From Gammaproteobacteria bacterium (GTDB lineage: Bacteria; Pseudomonadota; Gammaproteobacteria; Steroidobacterales; Rariloculaceae), in contig JAJEFE010000011.1 of assembly GCA_022820625.1 (NCBI GenBank), forward strand, positions 846 through 64,845: DNA of 64,000 nt, given 5' to 3'. Made by a program: the position numbers and the translations under genes. Below, in pieces: positions 1-10,336 of this stretch; position 1 is the stretch's first letter, and each line of letters begins with the position of its first letter. Below the pieces are notes generated by a model, which was not told the origin of the DNA, did not search any database, and saw only the letters and a program-made list of their open reading frames with translations.

Positions 1-1
1 T

Positions 2-733
2 CCGGTCACGATAAGGACGGAGACCGGCGACAAGGCGCTTGTCCGGTCCGAAAAAGCGAGCTTCTTCATCGTGGAAAACGGCGGCGCCCTGGAAGTGGAG
101 AACCTCTGGATGGACGGCGCGGCGTCGCCCGACCAGCCCGGCAACAACGTGATCAGCACCAGCCGGTACTCCATGAACCGCAACTACTCCCTGGCGGTTC
201 GCGACAGCAGGGTCACCAATCTGGACGTGAACCACACGTTCGATTTTCTCAAGGTGTACCGCAGCACTTTTGCGGACTCGATCGAGATTTTCGATACGGA
301 GATGTCGAACATAACCGGATCGATCCTGTCCCTGGACAAGGAAACCGATGATCTTGGCATCTACAACGTCGAGAATGTCAGCATCAGTGGCAGCACGTTC
401 ACCGATATCCAGGGATCGGTTGCCAACATCTACAGGGGCGGCACGGATGAGAGCACCTTCGGGCCGATCGTCGTCGTCGAAGGAAACGAGTTCACGAACG
501 TCGGGCTCGGCTCACGGAACAAGAGCGGAGCGTCGCTCAAGTTTCACGGGGTGCAGAGGCTGGATGTTTCAGACTCGAGCTGGAATGGCAGTGCGCCATT
601 GGAGTTGTACCTGACCAACGGCGAACCCATCACGGTGATCAGGGATGTCGTGATGAGGGATACGGGCCAGATTCGAGCCAACAACGACGAATATCAGATT
701 GAAAACGTCGTCTACGAAAGGAATGCGCCATGA
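2..733 (+). CDS. 3' part of a right-handed beta-helix polysaccharide lyase (PL6-like, alginate/poly-uronate lyase type); 5' end outside window
   Basis: Frame open from window edge to TGA 731-733. Successive beta-helix rungs (NVENVSISGSTFTDIQG, VVVEGNEFTNVG, LKFHGVQRLDVSDSSW). Strong GC3. Family assigned from motif memory only. Confidence 0.45.
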   Translation, partial: PVTIRTETGDKALVRSEKASFFIVENGGALEVENLWMDGAASPDQPGNNVISTSRYSMNRNYSLAVRDSRVTNLDVNHTFDFLKVYRSTFADSIEIFDTEMSNITGSILSLDKETDDLGIYNVENVSISGSTFTDIQGSVANIYRGGTDESTFGPIVVVEGNEFTNVGLGSRNKSGASLKFHGVQRLDVSDSSWNGSAPLELYLTNGEPITVIRDVVMRDTGQIRANNDEYQIENVVYERNAP

Positions 734-785
734 GTCCGGGGGCATCGTCAAGCTGATCGCACGCTATCGCCTCGGTGCCACCGGC

Positions 786-1058
786 TCAAATTTCACTCCG
801 AACGAGCCGAATGATCCGAAGTCCACGCGCGCGGTCGGTCGGGGTCAACCTCGCGACTTTCCATGCCGCGACCTCGTCGGGCCAGCGGTCGACCGATGCC
901 GACTGAATGGCGTATGCCTGCTCCAGCGTCACCGGCAAGGGGCCGGGAAAACCCGGTAACGGTTCAGCGCTCAATCGCGCGTCCACCAGGCGCCTGGATA
1001 TTTCGTCGTCCGGTTCTGGCAGTAATGTCTGCACTTCGGCAGTGCTCGCTATCGCCAA
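786..1058 (-). pseudogene. N-terminal remnant of a 2-keto-4-pentenoate hydratase / FAH-family-like gene
   Basis: 90-aa ORF with LPVTLEQAYAIQ...WKVA, resembling the N-terminus of ~260-aa hydratases. Stop after residue 90, and only ~50 bp remain before the convergent lyase gene. Confidence 0.35.
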
Positions 1059-1196
1059 TACATTCTCCCTTTGTTCCCTGGTTTCAAGACTCGGTTCTTA
1101 AATGCGGTTGCTACTCTATTTAGAAACGTGCTCGAATGGAAATGAATTCGAATGGAACCATGATCGCGTGCGAGCAAGTTACACCGCTAGAACTGA

Positions 1197-1601
1197 ATGA
1201 TGCATCCGGGAAAACTGGCCCTGATTGCGACCGGGTGCCTGGTCCTGTTCGCGGCCACGGCCCTCGGGGCCTATGGTACCCATGGCGTGCAGGGCGCCGT
1301 CGACGCGGCGCGGTGGAGCGCCTACGAAGTCGCTGTCGACTACCAGTTCTACCATGGGTTGGGAATTATTGCGGCCGGCATCCTGGCGGATCGGTTTCCC
1401 GATTCGCGTTTGGTAGCGTGGTCAGGATGGGTTCTCCTTATCGGGGTCGCCGCTTTCAGTGGCAGCATCTACGCCACGACGTTCGGCGCCCCCGAGGCGG
1501 TGGGCGCGCTGGCCCCGGTGGGCGGCCTCGCCATGATGGCGGGCTGGCTGTTGCTGGCATTGGGCGTCTGGCGGGCAGGCCGTGCCCGGGGCCGAGGCTA
1601 A
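1197..1601 (+). CDS. DUF423 (YgdD-like) small inner-membrane protein
   Basis: 134 aa, four hydrophobic helices, GAYGTHG and YQFYHGLG motifs typical of DUF423. Confidence 0.75.
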   Translation: MMHPGKLALIATGCLVLFAATALGAYGTHGVQGAVDAARWSAYEVAVDYQFYHGLGIIAAGILADRFPDSRLVAWSGWVLLIGVAAFSGSIYATTFGAPEAVGALAPVGGLAMMAGWLLLALGVWRAGRARGRG

Positions 1602-1833
1602 CCACTCCGGAGGCAACAGCCAGCTTCCGTCAGTGGTGTTTCAGCCGGCAAGGTTTGTCGGATAGCCCTGACAGACGCAGATCGGCTGTGTGGATTCCGC
1701 TTGCATACGCCTGCTTATGGCAGGATTTCATGCCGATATAGCCGCTCGTTGCTGGACTGTTCGCGGAGATCGGCGGAGAATAACCGCCCCCAACCAACTG
1801 GATATTCAGGTCAACCTTGCGAGGTTCAACATC

Positions 1834-2493
1834 ATGTCATTACACATTGGCGATCAGGCGCCTGACTTTACGGCGGAAACCACCCAGGGAACCATCAACT
1901 TTCACGACTGGATCGGCGACGGCTGGGCCATTCTCTTCTCGCACCCCAAGGACTTCACGCCCGTCTGCACGACGGAACTCGGCTACATGGCAGGGCTCAA
2001 CGCGGATTTCGCGAAGCGCAACTGCAAGGTCATCGGCTTGAGCGTTGACTCGGTGGACGATCACGTGGCGTGGTCGAAGGATATCGAGGAGACCCAGGGC
2101 CATGCCGTGAACTACCCGATCATCGACGGCAGCAGCCTGGAAGTTGCGAAGGCTTACGACATGCTGCATCCGAACGCCAGCGGTGCGGCGAAGGACCGCA
2201 CGGCGATGGACAATTCCACGGTGCGTTCGGTCTTCGTGATCGGCCCGGACAAGAACATCAAGGCGATGCTCACGTATCCCATGAGCACCGGCCGGAATTT
2301 CGACGAGGTGTTGAGGCTGCTGGACTCGATCCAGTTGACGGCGTCTCACAAGGTGGCGACACCCGTCAACTGGAACGACGGCGACGATGTCATCATCCTG
2401 CCGGCGGTATCCAACGAAGAAGCGCAGGAGCGGTTCCCGGACGGCTGGGAAGCGCCCAAGCCCTACATCCGCATCGTTCCGCAGCCGAGGTAG
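1834..2493 (+). CDS. 1-Cys peroxiredoxin (Prx6 type)
   Basis: ATG at 1834 (track ORF begins upstream at 1690). HPKDFTPVCTTELG peroxidatic-Cys motif. ~219 aa with the Prx6-type C-terminal extension. Confidence 0.9.
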   Translation: MSLHIGDQAPDFTAETTQGTINFHDWIGDGWAILFSHPKDFTPVCTTELGYMAGLNADFAKRNCKVIGLSVDSVDDHVAWSKDIEETQGHAVNYPIIDGSSLEVAKAYDMLHPNASGAAKDRTAMDNSTVRSVFVIGPDKNIKAMLTYPMSTGRNFDEVLRLLDSIQLTASHKVATPVNWNDGDDVIILPAVSNEEAQERFPDGWEAPKPYIRIVPQPR

Positions 2494-2640
2494 GCGAACG
2501 CGACGGCCGGAGCGGCTCTCCCGTTCGCGGGACACCGATTTGCAATTTGCAGGCGGCGCCCTTTCAGGAGGAAACGTCGAGTTTCGGGCTTTGACGCCGC
2601 GCCGATAGCGCGGTACGTTCAATTCTGGAAATCGCCCGAC

Positions 2641-4629
2641 ATGAAACGCTCCAACCCGGTACCGCCATTGCTTGCATCCCTGATTCTCTGGGGGTGCGAG
2701 AGCGGTACGTCCACGGGTCCGGAGCCGGTGACCTTCGAACCGGCGCACCCGTCCGGGGAGGGTTTCGCCGCACTGTATGCGCCGCCGCCGTACGACGTCG
2801 TCCCCTATCCCAACGACATCTACAACCCGGTCGCGGCCGGGGCGGGTTCGACCCTGTCGGTCCCGGTCAGGATCACGTCGCCCCTGGCGGCGGCGGTCAA
2901 CACCCTGGACGGGTTCTCGACCGTTGCGTCGATCACCGCGCCGTTCAACGCGCCGATCGACGCCTCCAGCCTCGTTCCCTTCAATCCGCTGGCGCCCACG
3001 GGAAGCGAGACCGTGTTCGTGCTCGATGCGACGCGCGGCATTCCGCTCGTTCCGGGCGTGCATTACACGGTGGGCGTGAGCAACGCCACGGGCAGCAACG
3101 AGTCGCTGCTTGAAATCACCCCGCTGCGGCCGCTGTCGCCGAAAACAACGTACCTGTTCGTCCTCACCAGCGGAATATCCAGCAACCTGGGCGCGGCGGC
3201 CTCGCCCGACCAGGTATTTGGCGCCGTTCGCAACGCGCACCTGGCAGGTCTCGACAGCGTTCCCGGCGCGCCTGAGCTGGATCCGCTGTTTCCGGCCATT
3301 ACCCCCCTGATCGATGCCGCCAGGGGATTGCTGGGGATTCCCGGCGGCGCCATCGCGGTGGCCTGGAGCGCCACCACGCAATCCATCTCGGAGGTACTGG
3401 AGGCGGTGCAAGCCAGTGCCGTGGCCATGCCCCACCAGGTCGCGCCCATGGGCATCACCACCGCCCACCTCGGACTGGGACTGCCCGGCGCCGCCAGCCT
3501 CCATGCGGGCTGGATGCAGATTCCCTATTACGGGGATCCCAATGACGTCCTGGGCAGCTTCTGGGTGAATTCCGATTTCGTGCCGCCCACCGCGGCCAAT
3601 CCGCATCCGTTGCCCCGCGGCGGGCTGCTGAGGGTCCCGGTGTTCGCGGCGACGCCGAGTTTCGGAGAGGCTCCTCCCGGCGGATGGCCCGTCGTGCTGT
3701 TTCAGCACGGCGTCACCAGCAACCGCACCTCCATGATCGCCATCGCCGATGCCTTTGCGTCGCAAGGCTTTGCCATGGTGGCCATCGACCTGCCGCTGCA
3801 CGGGGTGACCGACACCGGCAGCGTTTTCTACCAGGGGGCGGGCAGTCCCTTCGGCGACAACGAGCGGCACTTCAACCTGGACAATGTAGGCGCCCTGGGC
3901 AGCCTGGAGCCGGACGGCCAGGTGGACAACGGCTGGCAGATCTTCAACGTGGGCAATCCGTTGAACGCGAGGGACCACGGCCGGCAAGCGGTATCGGACC
4001 TGTTTCACCTGATTCGTACCATCCCCGTCATGGACGTCAGCGGTGACGGAGTTCCCGACCTGAACGGCGACCGCATCCACTTCGTCGGCGTCTCGCTGGG
4101 CGCGATTTTCTCGACGCCGTTTCTTGCGCTGAACCAGGAGTTTTCCACCGCGACAGTGTCCAGCGCGGGAGGACCGTACTCGCACTTTCTCACGGACCCC
4201 ATGGCGATCACTTTCGGGCGGCCGATCCGCGCGGCCGTGGAAGCGGCAGGGCTGCCTTTCGGCTCCGTCGGATTCCAGAACTTCGTCCGCGACCTGCAGA
4301 CGGTGCTGGATTCCATCGATCCCGTTAACTACGCTGCCTCGGCGGCGTCTCATCATCCCATTCACATGGTCGGCGTCCGATCGGATACTTCGGTGCCGAT
4401 GTCGCTGATCGACAACGTGGCCGACTACATGGGGCTGTCGGACATCTCGGCGACCACCGTGGATCCCGCGGGCGTGCGGGGCATCGTGCGCTTCAACAGG
4501 GGTGGGCACGGGGCGATCCTCAACCCGGCCGACCTTGCGGTCACCGTGGAGATGCAGACCCAGGCAGTGGCATTCGCGGCCTCGGGAGGAACCCTCCTCC
4601 CTGTCGGCAATTCGGAGATCGTCGAATGA
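2641..4629 (+). CDS. Secreted lipoprotein lipase/esterase (bacterial lipase N-domain + alpha/beta hydrolase)
   Basis: Lipobox LILWGC. LDGFSTVASITAPF region like the N-domain of Vibrio/Aeromonas-type extracellular lipases. HG oxyanion region (LFQHGVTS) and GVSLG nucleophile elbow. Confidence 0.65.
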   Translation: MKRSNPVPPLLASLILWGCESGTSTGPEPVTFEPAHPSGEGFAALYAPPPYDVVPYPNDIYNPVAAGAGSTLSVPVRITSPLAAAVNTLDGFSTVASITAPFNAPIDASSLVPFNPLAPTGSETVFVLDATRGIPLVPGVHYTVGVSNATGSNESLLEITPLRPLSPKTTYLFVLTSGISSNLGAAASPDQVFGAVRNAHLAGLDSVPGAPELDPLFPAITPLIDAARGLLGIPGGAIAVAWSATTQSISEVLEAVQASAVAMPHQVAPMGITTAHLGLGLPGAASLHAGWMQIPYYGDPNDVLGSFWVNSDFVPPTAANPHPLPRGGLLRVPVFAATPSFGEAPPGGWPVVLFQHGVTSNRTSMIAIADAFASQGFAMVAIDLPLHGVTDTGSVFYQGAGSPFGDNERHFNLDNVGALGSLEPDGQVDNGWQIFNVGNPLNARDHGRQAVSDLFHLIRTIPVMDVSGDGVPDLNGDRIHFVGVSLGAIFSTPFLALNQEFSTATVSSAGGPYSHFLTDPMAITFGRPIRAAVEAAGLPFGSVGFQNFVRDLQTVLDSIDPVNYAASAASHHPIHMVGVRSDTSVPMSLIDNVADYMGLSDISATTVDPAGVRGIVRFNRGGHGAILNPADLAVTVEMQTQAVAFAASGGTLLPVGNSEIVE

Positions 4630-4756
4630 CGGGCGGCGGCCTCGGATACGGCGCCCGGTGTGGTTGGCGGAGCGGAAACCGTTGCACCCGGCGGTACGGC
4701 GTACGGTGCGGGCTCCGATGCGAAGTCCGGCACGGAGTCCGTTGCGGAGCAGGAAC

Positions 4757-7549
4757 ATGAGGAAGTATCGACAATTGAGAATCGTCATCGGTTGCTGCCT
4801 CTGTGGGTATTCGATGGGCGGGCTGTCGCAGCAACCGGCGCAAACTCCCGCCGCCGCAGGCCCGGGCGCGATCGAGGAGATCGTCGTCACGGGTTCGTAC
4901 ATCCGCAGGGCGTCGCAATTCGATTCGCCCTCGCCGCTGACCACCATCGGCTTCGAGGATATCGCCGACCTTGGGGTCAACGAGATCAGCGACATCATCG
5001 AGCGGATGACCATCAACACGGGTTCGCAGAACAACCCCGACGCGTTCACCCAGAACGCGAGCACCGGCACGACGAACATCAACCTGCGCGGCCTGGGCGT
5101 GAATTCCACGCTGGTGATGCTCAATTCACGCCGCCAGGTGCACAGCGCCGTGACCACGAACCGCGGCAACAACTTCGTGGACACCTCGGCGCTGCCGCCG
5201 ATGATCGCCTTCGACCGGATCGAGACGTTGAAGGATGGCGCCACCGCACTCTACGGTTCCGACGCGGTGGCCGGCGTGGTGAACTTCATCACCCGCAGCG
5301 ACTTCGAGGGCCTCGATGTCCAGCTTGATGTCCAGACGGTCGCCGGATACCCGCAGGACGACCAGCAGTTCAGCTTGCTGTATGGCGGCGGCACCGACCG
5401 TACGCACGTCCTGCTGGCCTTCAGCGTGCTGGACCGCAAACCGCTCACCACGACGGACAAGCGCCTCTCCACGGCCGCCGACGATCTGAGCGCCGTCGGC
5501 AACCCGGGCAGTTTCCTGGTGACGGCTCTGCCCGGCAATCCCGCCTATGCGCCGGTGTGGACGGCCGCCTTCGACACGAATTTCAATGGCGTCGCCGACC
5601 TTGTGGAACCGACCCTGGGCCTGCCGCCGGTACCCGGCGCGCTGACTCCGTTGTTCGTGGACCCCGACTGCAACGCCATCGCATCGCAGGATCCCAAAGT
5701 CGTGCCAGGCGTCCTGCAGTCCGTGCCGAGTCCCTCGGGCGACATCGGAATCGGCCTGTGCCAGTTCGATTTCGGTTCCTACTTCAGCCTGGTCCCCGAG
5801 GAAGAGCGCGTGTCGGCTTACGTGGAACTGAATCACGCCTTCGGTGACGGGCCGGACGGCCGGCTGGAACTGCACCTGACGGACAACGAGGCGCTGCGGA
5901 ACAATTCGCCGTCCTTTCCGATCACCGAGCGAAACCCGATTTCGGTCAACCACCCCGACAATCCCTTCGGCACGGACGTGTTGTGGATCGGCCGGGTCAT
6001 CGGCGGCGGCGGAACCGCAGGCCCAACGGTCCACGACTCCCGGACCTGGCGGGTGGCCGGAAGCCTGACCGGAGACTTCAACGACGACTGGGGCTGGGAC
6101 GTGGGCTTCCAGCGGAGCCGGAACGAATTCTTCCTCGGCGCGGAGGACACCGTCAAGGACCGACTCTACAGTGCTTTGATCGGATTCGGCGGTCCGGACT
6201 GCGATCCGGCCGCGGGCGCCCCGGGGATCGGCGCTTGCCGCTATTTCAATCCCTTCGGCAGCTCACTGACCGGGACGGGCACGGTCAACACCCCGGAACT
6301 CATCGACCACATTCAGGGTCCGTACACCATCGACGCCAACACCAGGCTTACGACGTTCGACGGCGTGGTAACGGGCAATTTCGGCGCGCTTCCCGGCGGA
6401 CCGGCGGGCATCGCCGTGGGCGCCCAGGTCCGGGAAGAGGAGACCCGCTCGGACTACAGCGAGCTTGCGAACCGGGACGCCTTCATGTTCGTCGTGGGCA
6501 ACCCTGACTTCGCCAGTAGCCGGGAGGTGACGGCGGCGTTCGTGGAATTGCTGTTGCCCGTAAGCAGTCAACTGGACCTGCAGCTTGCCGCGCGGATCGA
6601 GGACTATGGGGGCGGCGTCGATTCCACGGACCCGAAGCTGACCGCCTTGTGGCGTCCCACCGACGCCTTCGCGCTGCGGGCGTCCGTCGGGACATCCTTC
6701 CGCGCGCCGTCGATGTTTCAGGCATTCGGCACGCAGACGACGCTGGAGGAATTGACCGACCCGCTGGTTCCGGGCGCCACGCAATTCCTGCCGGTGCGGA
6801 CCCAGCCCAACCTGTCCGGCAGGACACTCAGGCCGGAGACCGCCGACGTGGCCAACCTGGGGTTCACCTTCTCGCCCGGCGACAACCTGGAACTCGGCAT
6901 GGACTATTGGTCGTTCGACTACACCGACGTCATCATCCAGCAGAATCCCCAGGCGCTGCTGGACGCGGCGGTCGCCGGCGACACGGCGGCGGCGCGCCAG
7001 ATCGAGCGCGGTCCCACGGGTGGACTGCTTCGGGTCAACTCGTTCTACGACAATGCCTCGTCGCTCAAGACGGACGGCCTGGACTTCTCCATCGCCTACA
7101 CGATGGATTTGGCTGCCGGAACGTTGCGGTTGGGCACTCAGGCTACCGCCGTGTCAACCTACGATCTGGCGGATCCCCAGGCCGGCGTCATCGACGGCGC
7201 CGGCAAGCGCAACTTCGCGAATTTCGCCACTTCGGTGCCGGAACTGCGGGGCAACGTGTTCATGAACTGGCAGCGCGACATCCACGGCGTCAACATTTAC
7301 ATCCACCACATCGACTCGTACCTGGACGACGGCCAGTCCGGCGCACTTCGGCCCATTGGAAGCCACGCAACCGTGGACGCGCAATACAACGTCGCGCTGG
7401 ACCGATTCGGCGGCGTCACACTCTCGTTCGGCGGCTTCAACCTGACCGGAGAGGATCCGCCACCCGTGGCTACCAACGGTGGGTTCGACTCCAAGGTGCA
7501 CGATCCGCGCGGGCGGCTGCTCTACGCCAGGGCTTCGGTATCGTTCTGA
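4757..7549 (+). CDS. TonB-dependent receptor
   Basis: ATG 4757 preceded by GGAGCAGGA. Signal peptide. Plug motifs (EEIVVTGSYIRR, NINLRGLG, ETLKDGATALYGSDAVAGVVNFITR). Long beta-barrel ending in Phe. Confidence 0.9.
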   Translation: MRKYRQLRIVIGCCLCGYSMGGLSQQPAQTPAAAGPGAIEEIVVTGSYIRRASQFDSPSPLTTIGFEDIADLGVNEISDIIERMTINTGSQNNPDAFTQNASTGTTNINLRGLGVNSTLVMLNSRRQVHSAVTTNRGNNFVDTSALPPMIAFDRIETLKDGATALYGSDAVAGVVNFITRSDFEGLDVQLDVQTVAGYPQDDQQFSLLYGGGTDRTHVLLAFSVLDRKPLTTTDKRLSTAADDLSAVGNPGSFLVTALPGNPAYAPVWTAAFDTNFNGVADLVEPTLGLPPVPGALTPLFVDPDCNAIASQDPKVVPGVLQSVPSPSGDIGIGLCQFDFGSYFSLVPEEERVSAYVELNHAFGDGPDGRLELHLTDNEALRNNSPSFPITERNPISVNHPDNPFGTDVLWIGRVIGGGGTAGPTVHDSRTWRVAGSLTGDFNDDWGWDVGFQRSRNEFFLGAEDTVKDRLYSALIGFGGPDCDPAAGAPGIGACRYFNPFGSSLTGTGTVNTPELIDHIQGPYTIDANTRLTTFDGVVTGNFGALPGGPAGIAVGAQVREEETRSDYSELANRDAFMFVVGNPDFASSREVTAAFVELLLPVSSQLDLQLAARIEDYGGGVDSTDPKLTALWRPTDAFALRASVGTSFRAPSMFQAFGTQTTLEELTDPLVPGATQFLPVRTQPNLSGRTLRPETADVANLGFTFSPGDNLELGMDYWSFDYTDVIIQQNPQALLDAAVAGDTAAARQIERGPTGGLLRVNSFYDNASSLKTDGLDFSIAYTMDLAAGTLRLGTQATAVSTYDLADPQAGVIDGAGKRNFANFATSVPELRGNVFMNWQRDIHGVNIYIHHIDSYLDDGQSGALRPIGSHATVDAQYNVALDRFGGVTLSFGGFNLTGEDPPPVATNGGFDSKVHDPRGRLLYARASVSF

Positions 7550-7568
7550 CCCGACCGCGTTTCCGGTA

Positions 7569-8825
7569 TCATGGCGTATCGCCGGGGACGCTCTCCTCCT
7601 GCGGCATGATACGAATGCGTTCCGCGCGCTTCTCCGTGGCGGAAAGGACCTCCAGGCGGTAACTCTCCCAGGTGACCGCATCGCCCTTGACCGGGATGCG
7701 CCCGAGTTGCTCGGCAATCAGGCCGGCGGGACTGGTGATATCGGCATCGGGCTGCCATTCGAACCCGAAATGCTCGCCGACCTTTCTCATCTCCACGGAC
7801 GCGACGACGATCACCGAACCATCCGCCTGGGGCCACATTTCCTCCGAGTAGGGGTCGCTCTCGTCGTCGATTTCGCCGACGATCTCCTCGAGGATGTCCT
7901 CCAGCGTGACGATGCCTTCGACGCCCCCGTACTCGTCCACCACGATCGCCATGTGGCTCCGCGATTCCTGAAAGGCGCGCAGCAGGCTGACCAGCGAGCG
8001 ACTCTCGGGAATGGTCAGGGCCTGGCGGACCAGGGCGCTCCAGTCAATGGCTTCACCCGGATGCTCATGAATGTGAAACAGCAACTCCTTTGCAAGCACG
8101 ACGCCCGTGACGTGGTCCAGGTCGTCCGTGGTGGAGAAGGGCAGCCGGCTGTGGCCGGATTCGCGTATGGTTTCGAGGTTTTCCGCCCAGGAGCGCTCGC
8201 CGGAAATGAACTGGATGTTCTGCCGGGGAACCATGGCGTCATGGACGCACAGCTGTGACAGCCGCGTGGCTCCGACGATCATGCTCGCGGTCCGGGGGCC
8301 CACGGCGCCTTCGCTTCGGGCGAGCCCGGCCAGTAGCCGAATTTCCTCGGCGGAAGTGGTTGGTCGTCTCTTGTCGGGGCGCAGGGACCTGGAGACCATT
8401 TCGCTCAACGCCACCAGCGGGCGGAGCGACACGCTGAGAAATTGAATGCCCCAGGCAACGGGGCTCGCCAATTCCCTCGAGTAGGTCACGCCCAGGGTCT
8501 TCGGAATGATCTCCGTCAGCAGCAGGACGGAAATGGTGAAAACTATGGTGAAGACCCAAAGTGTTTCCGCCGCGAATGCATCCTCGTAGCTCGCTCCGGC
8601 CACGGCGGCGCCCACGGTGTGCGCCACCGTGTTGACGATCAGGATCGCCGCAATGGGAACGTCGATCCCCCGCTTGAAGCGTTTCAGGAGTTGCCCTGAA
8701 CGCTTGCCGTCCTGGACCAGCGCCTCCACATCGGCGTTGCCGATGGACAGCAGCACGGACTCCATGATCGAGCAAAGGAAGGAACCTACCAGCGCCAGCG
8801 CAACGGCTATGGCGAATGTCAGCAT
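7569..8825 (-). CDS. CNNM/HlyC-CorC family protein (DUF21 + CBS pair + CorC_HlyC)
   Basis: N-terminal TM domain, CBS region, [26 protein letters not shown] signature, C-terminal CorC-type domain. ATG 8825. Confidence 0.85.
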   Translation of the reverse strand: MLTFAIAVALALVGSFLCSIMESVLLSIGNADVEALVQDGKRSGQLLKRFKRGIDVPIAAILIVNTVAHTVGAAVAGASYEDAFAAETLWVFTIVFTISVLLLTEIIPKTLGVTYSRELASPVAWGIQFLSVSLRPLVALSEMVSRSLRPDKRRPTTSAEEIRLLAGLARSEGAVGPRTASMIVGATRLSQLCVHDAMVPRQNIQFISGERSWAENLETIRESGHSRLPFSTTDDLDHVTGVVLAKELLFHIHEHPGEAIDWSALVRQALTIPESRSLVSLLRAFQESRSHMAIVVDEYGGVEGIVTLEDILEEIVGEIDDESDPYSEEMWPQADGSVIVVASVEMRKVGEHFGFEWQPDADITSPAGLIAEQLGRIPVKGDAVTWESYRLEVLSATEKRAERIRIMPQEESVPGDTP

Positions 8826-8839
8826 GCAAGTCTCCGCGA

Positions 8840-10303
8840 CTAGGGATGGATGATGAGCCGGTCGGGGGCGAACCAACCGTGATCTTTGGCGAATTGGCTG
8901 GTTTCTCCGACGAAAAGCAACGCCGGCGATTCAACAGCGTGCGCTTCGGAAGCGTCGGCAAGTTTCTCGAGAATCGTGCAAATGACTCGCTGGTCCCTTG
9001 CTGTACCGCGTTCCACCACGGCTACGGGTGTTTGCCGATCGTAACCCCGCTGAATCAGGCGTTCGGCAAGAACGGCGTATTTCGCGACGCCCATGTACAG
9101 GACCAGGGTCTGGCCCGGTGAAAAATCCGCAACCTCGGCGATGCCCCGTTCGGTATGGCCGGTGGTGAGTACCACGGACTGGGCTGCTCCGCGGAGCGTC
9201 AGCGGAATGCCCGCGTAGCAGGCGCAGCCCTGAGCGGCGGACACGCCAGGCACCACCTGGAAGGGCAGTCCGGCTTCCACGAGCGCCTCCACCTCCTCGC
9301 CGCCGCGGCCGAAGATCATCGGATCGCCGCCCTTGAGTCGGCATACGCGCTTGCCGGCGCGGACATGGTTGATGAGCAGTGTGTTGATGTCGGGTTGCTT
9401 GATGGAAGGTTTGCGGGGGGTCTTGGCCACCGAGATCAACTCGGCGTCGCGGCGCGCGAACTCCAGCACCTCCTCGCCCACCAGCCGGTCGTAGAGCACG
9501 ATTTCGGCCTGGCTCAGCAACTGGCGGCCGCGCAGCGTGATCAGGTCCGCCCGGCCCGGCCCGGCGCCCACCAGCCAGGCTTCGCCCATTTTCTCGGGAT
9601 TCCTGGAATGCCACTCCGCGAGCAGCCGGTCCAGGGTGGCCTCCGCTTCGGCCTCACGTCCGGCGTAGACCGACTCCGGTACCTGGCTTTCGAGCACCCG
9701 CTCCCAGAATCGGCGGCGCTGGTCCAGATCGCCGATGTTGTCGCGGACATGCGTCCGCCACCGTCCGGCGAGCCCGGCGAACGCGCCGAGCCCCATGGGC
9801 AGCATGGACTCGATGCGACCCTTGAGCCACCGCGCCAGAACCGGCGAACTGCCGCCGGTGGAGACGGCCACGGTCACAGGCGCACGATCGATGATCGCCG
9901 GCATGATGACGTTGCCCAGATCCGCATCGTCCACCACGTTGCAGAATCGGTTGGCGGATTCGGCGGCGCGGGCAACGGCGGCGTTCAATTCCCGGTCTGA
10001 GGTGGCCGCGATGATGAGCCAGTAGGGGCGGATGTCGCCGGGACCGGCTGGAGCGTTCCCGGTTCCGGTCGGACCGCCCCCGGTTTCATCGCCGTAGTCT
10101 CCGGGCACGAACTCTCCGTCCAGATGGTGGATCTTCCCGGCATTCCGCAGTTCCCTCAGCTCGTCGCTGAGGGCTGGGCCGGCCACGGTCACTTCAGCGC
10201 CCGCGGCGAGCAGCAGCCGCACCTTGCGCGCACCTACGTCGCCGCCACCCACGACCAGGCAGCGGCGCTTGTCAAGTCGGGCAAAGAGAGGGAGATGTTG
10301 CAT
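8840..10303 (-). CDS. cysG: Siroheme synthase (precorrin-2 dehydrogenase/sirohydrochlorin ferrochelatase fused to uroporphyrinogen-III C-methyltransferase)
   Basis: VVGGGDVGARK Rossmann N-domain plus SUMT domain (VGAGPGRADLITLRG, GGDPMIFGRGGEE). Gly-rich insertion in the N-domain. ATG 10303 chosen (TTG 10327 possible). Confidence 0.9.
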   Translation of the reverse strand: MQHLPLFARLDKRRCLVVGGGDVGARKVRLLLAAGAEVTVAGPALSDELRELRNAGKIHHLDGEFVPGDYGDETGGGPTGTGNAPAGPGDIRPYWLIIAATSDRELNAAVARAAESANRFCNVVDDADLGNVIMPAIIDRAPVTVAVSTGGSSPVLARWLKGRIESMLPMGLGAFAGLAGRWRTHVRDNIGDLDQRRRFWERVLESQVPESVYAGREAEAEATLDRLLAEWHSRNPEKMGEAWLVGAGPGRADLITLRGRQLLSQAEIVLYDRLVGEEVLEFARRDAELISVAKTPRKPSIKQPDINTLLINHVRAGKRVCRLKGGDPMIFGRGGEEVEALVEAGLPFQVVPGVSAAQGCACYAGIPLTLRGAAQSVVLTTGHTERGIAEVADFSPGQTLVLYMGVAKYAVLAERLIQRGYDRQTPVAVVERGTARDQRVICTILEKLADASEAHAVESPALLFVGETSQFAKDHGWFAPDRLIIHP

Positions 10304-10336
10304 GTAGAAAGGCTGGCACGGAAGCAAGCGCCCCGG

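Noticed and set aside
1840-5244. 1134-aa ORF on the minus strand, the longest in the track
   Set aside because: Arg/Gly/Pro-rich low-complexity translation. It is antisense to three well-supported plus-strand genes (peroxiredoxin, lipase, TBDR). This is the typical stop-free shadow frame of GC-rich DNA.
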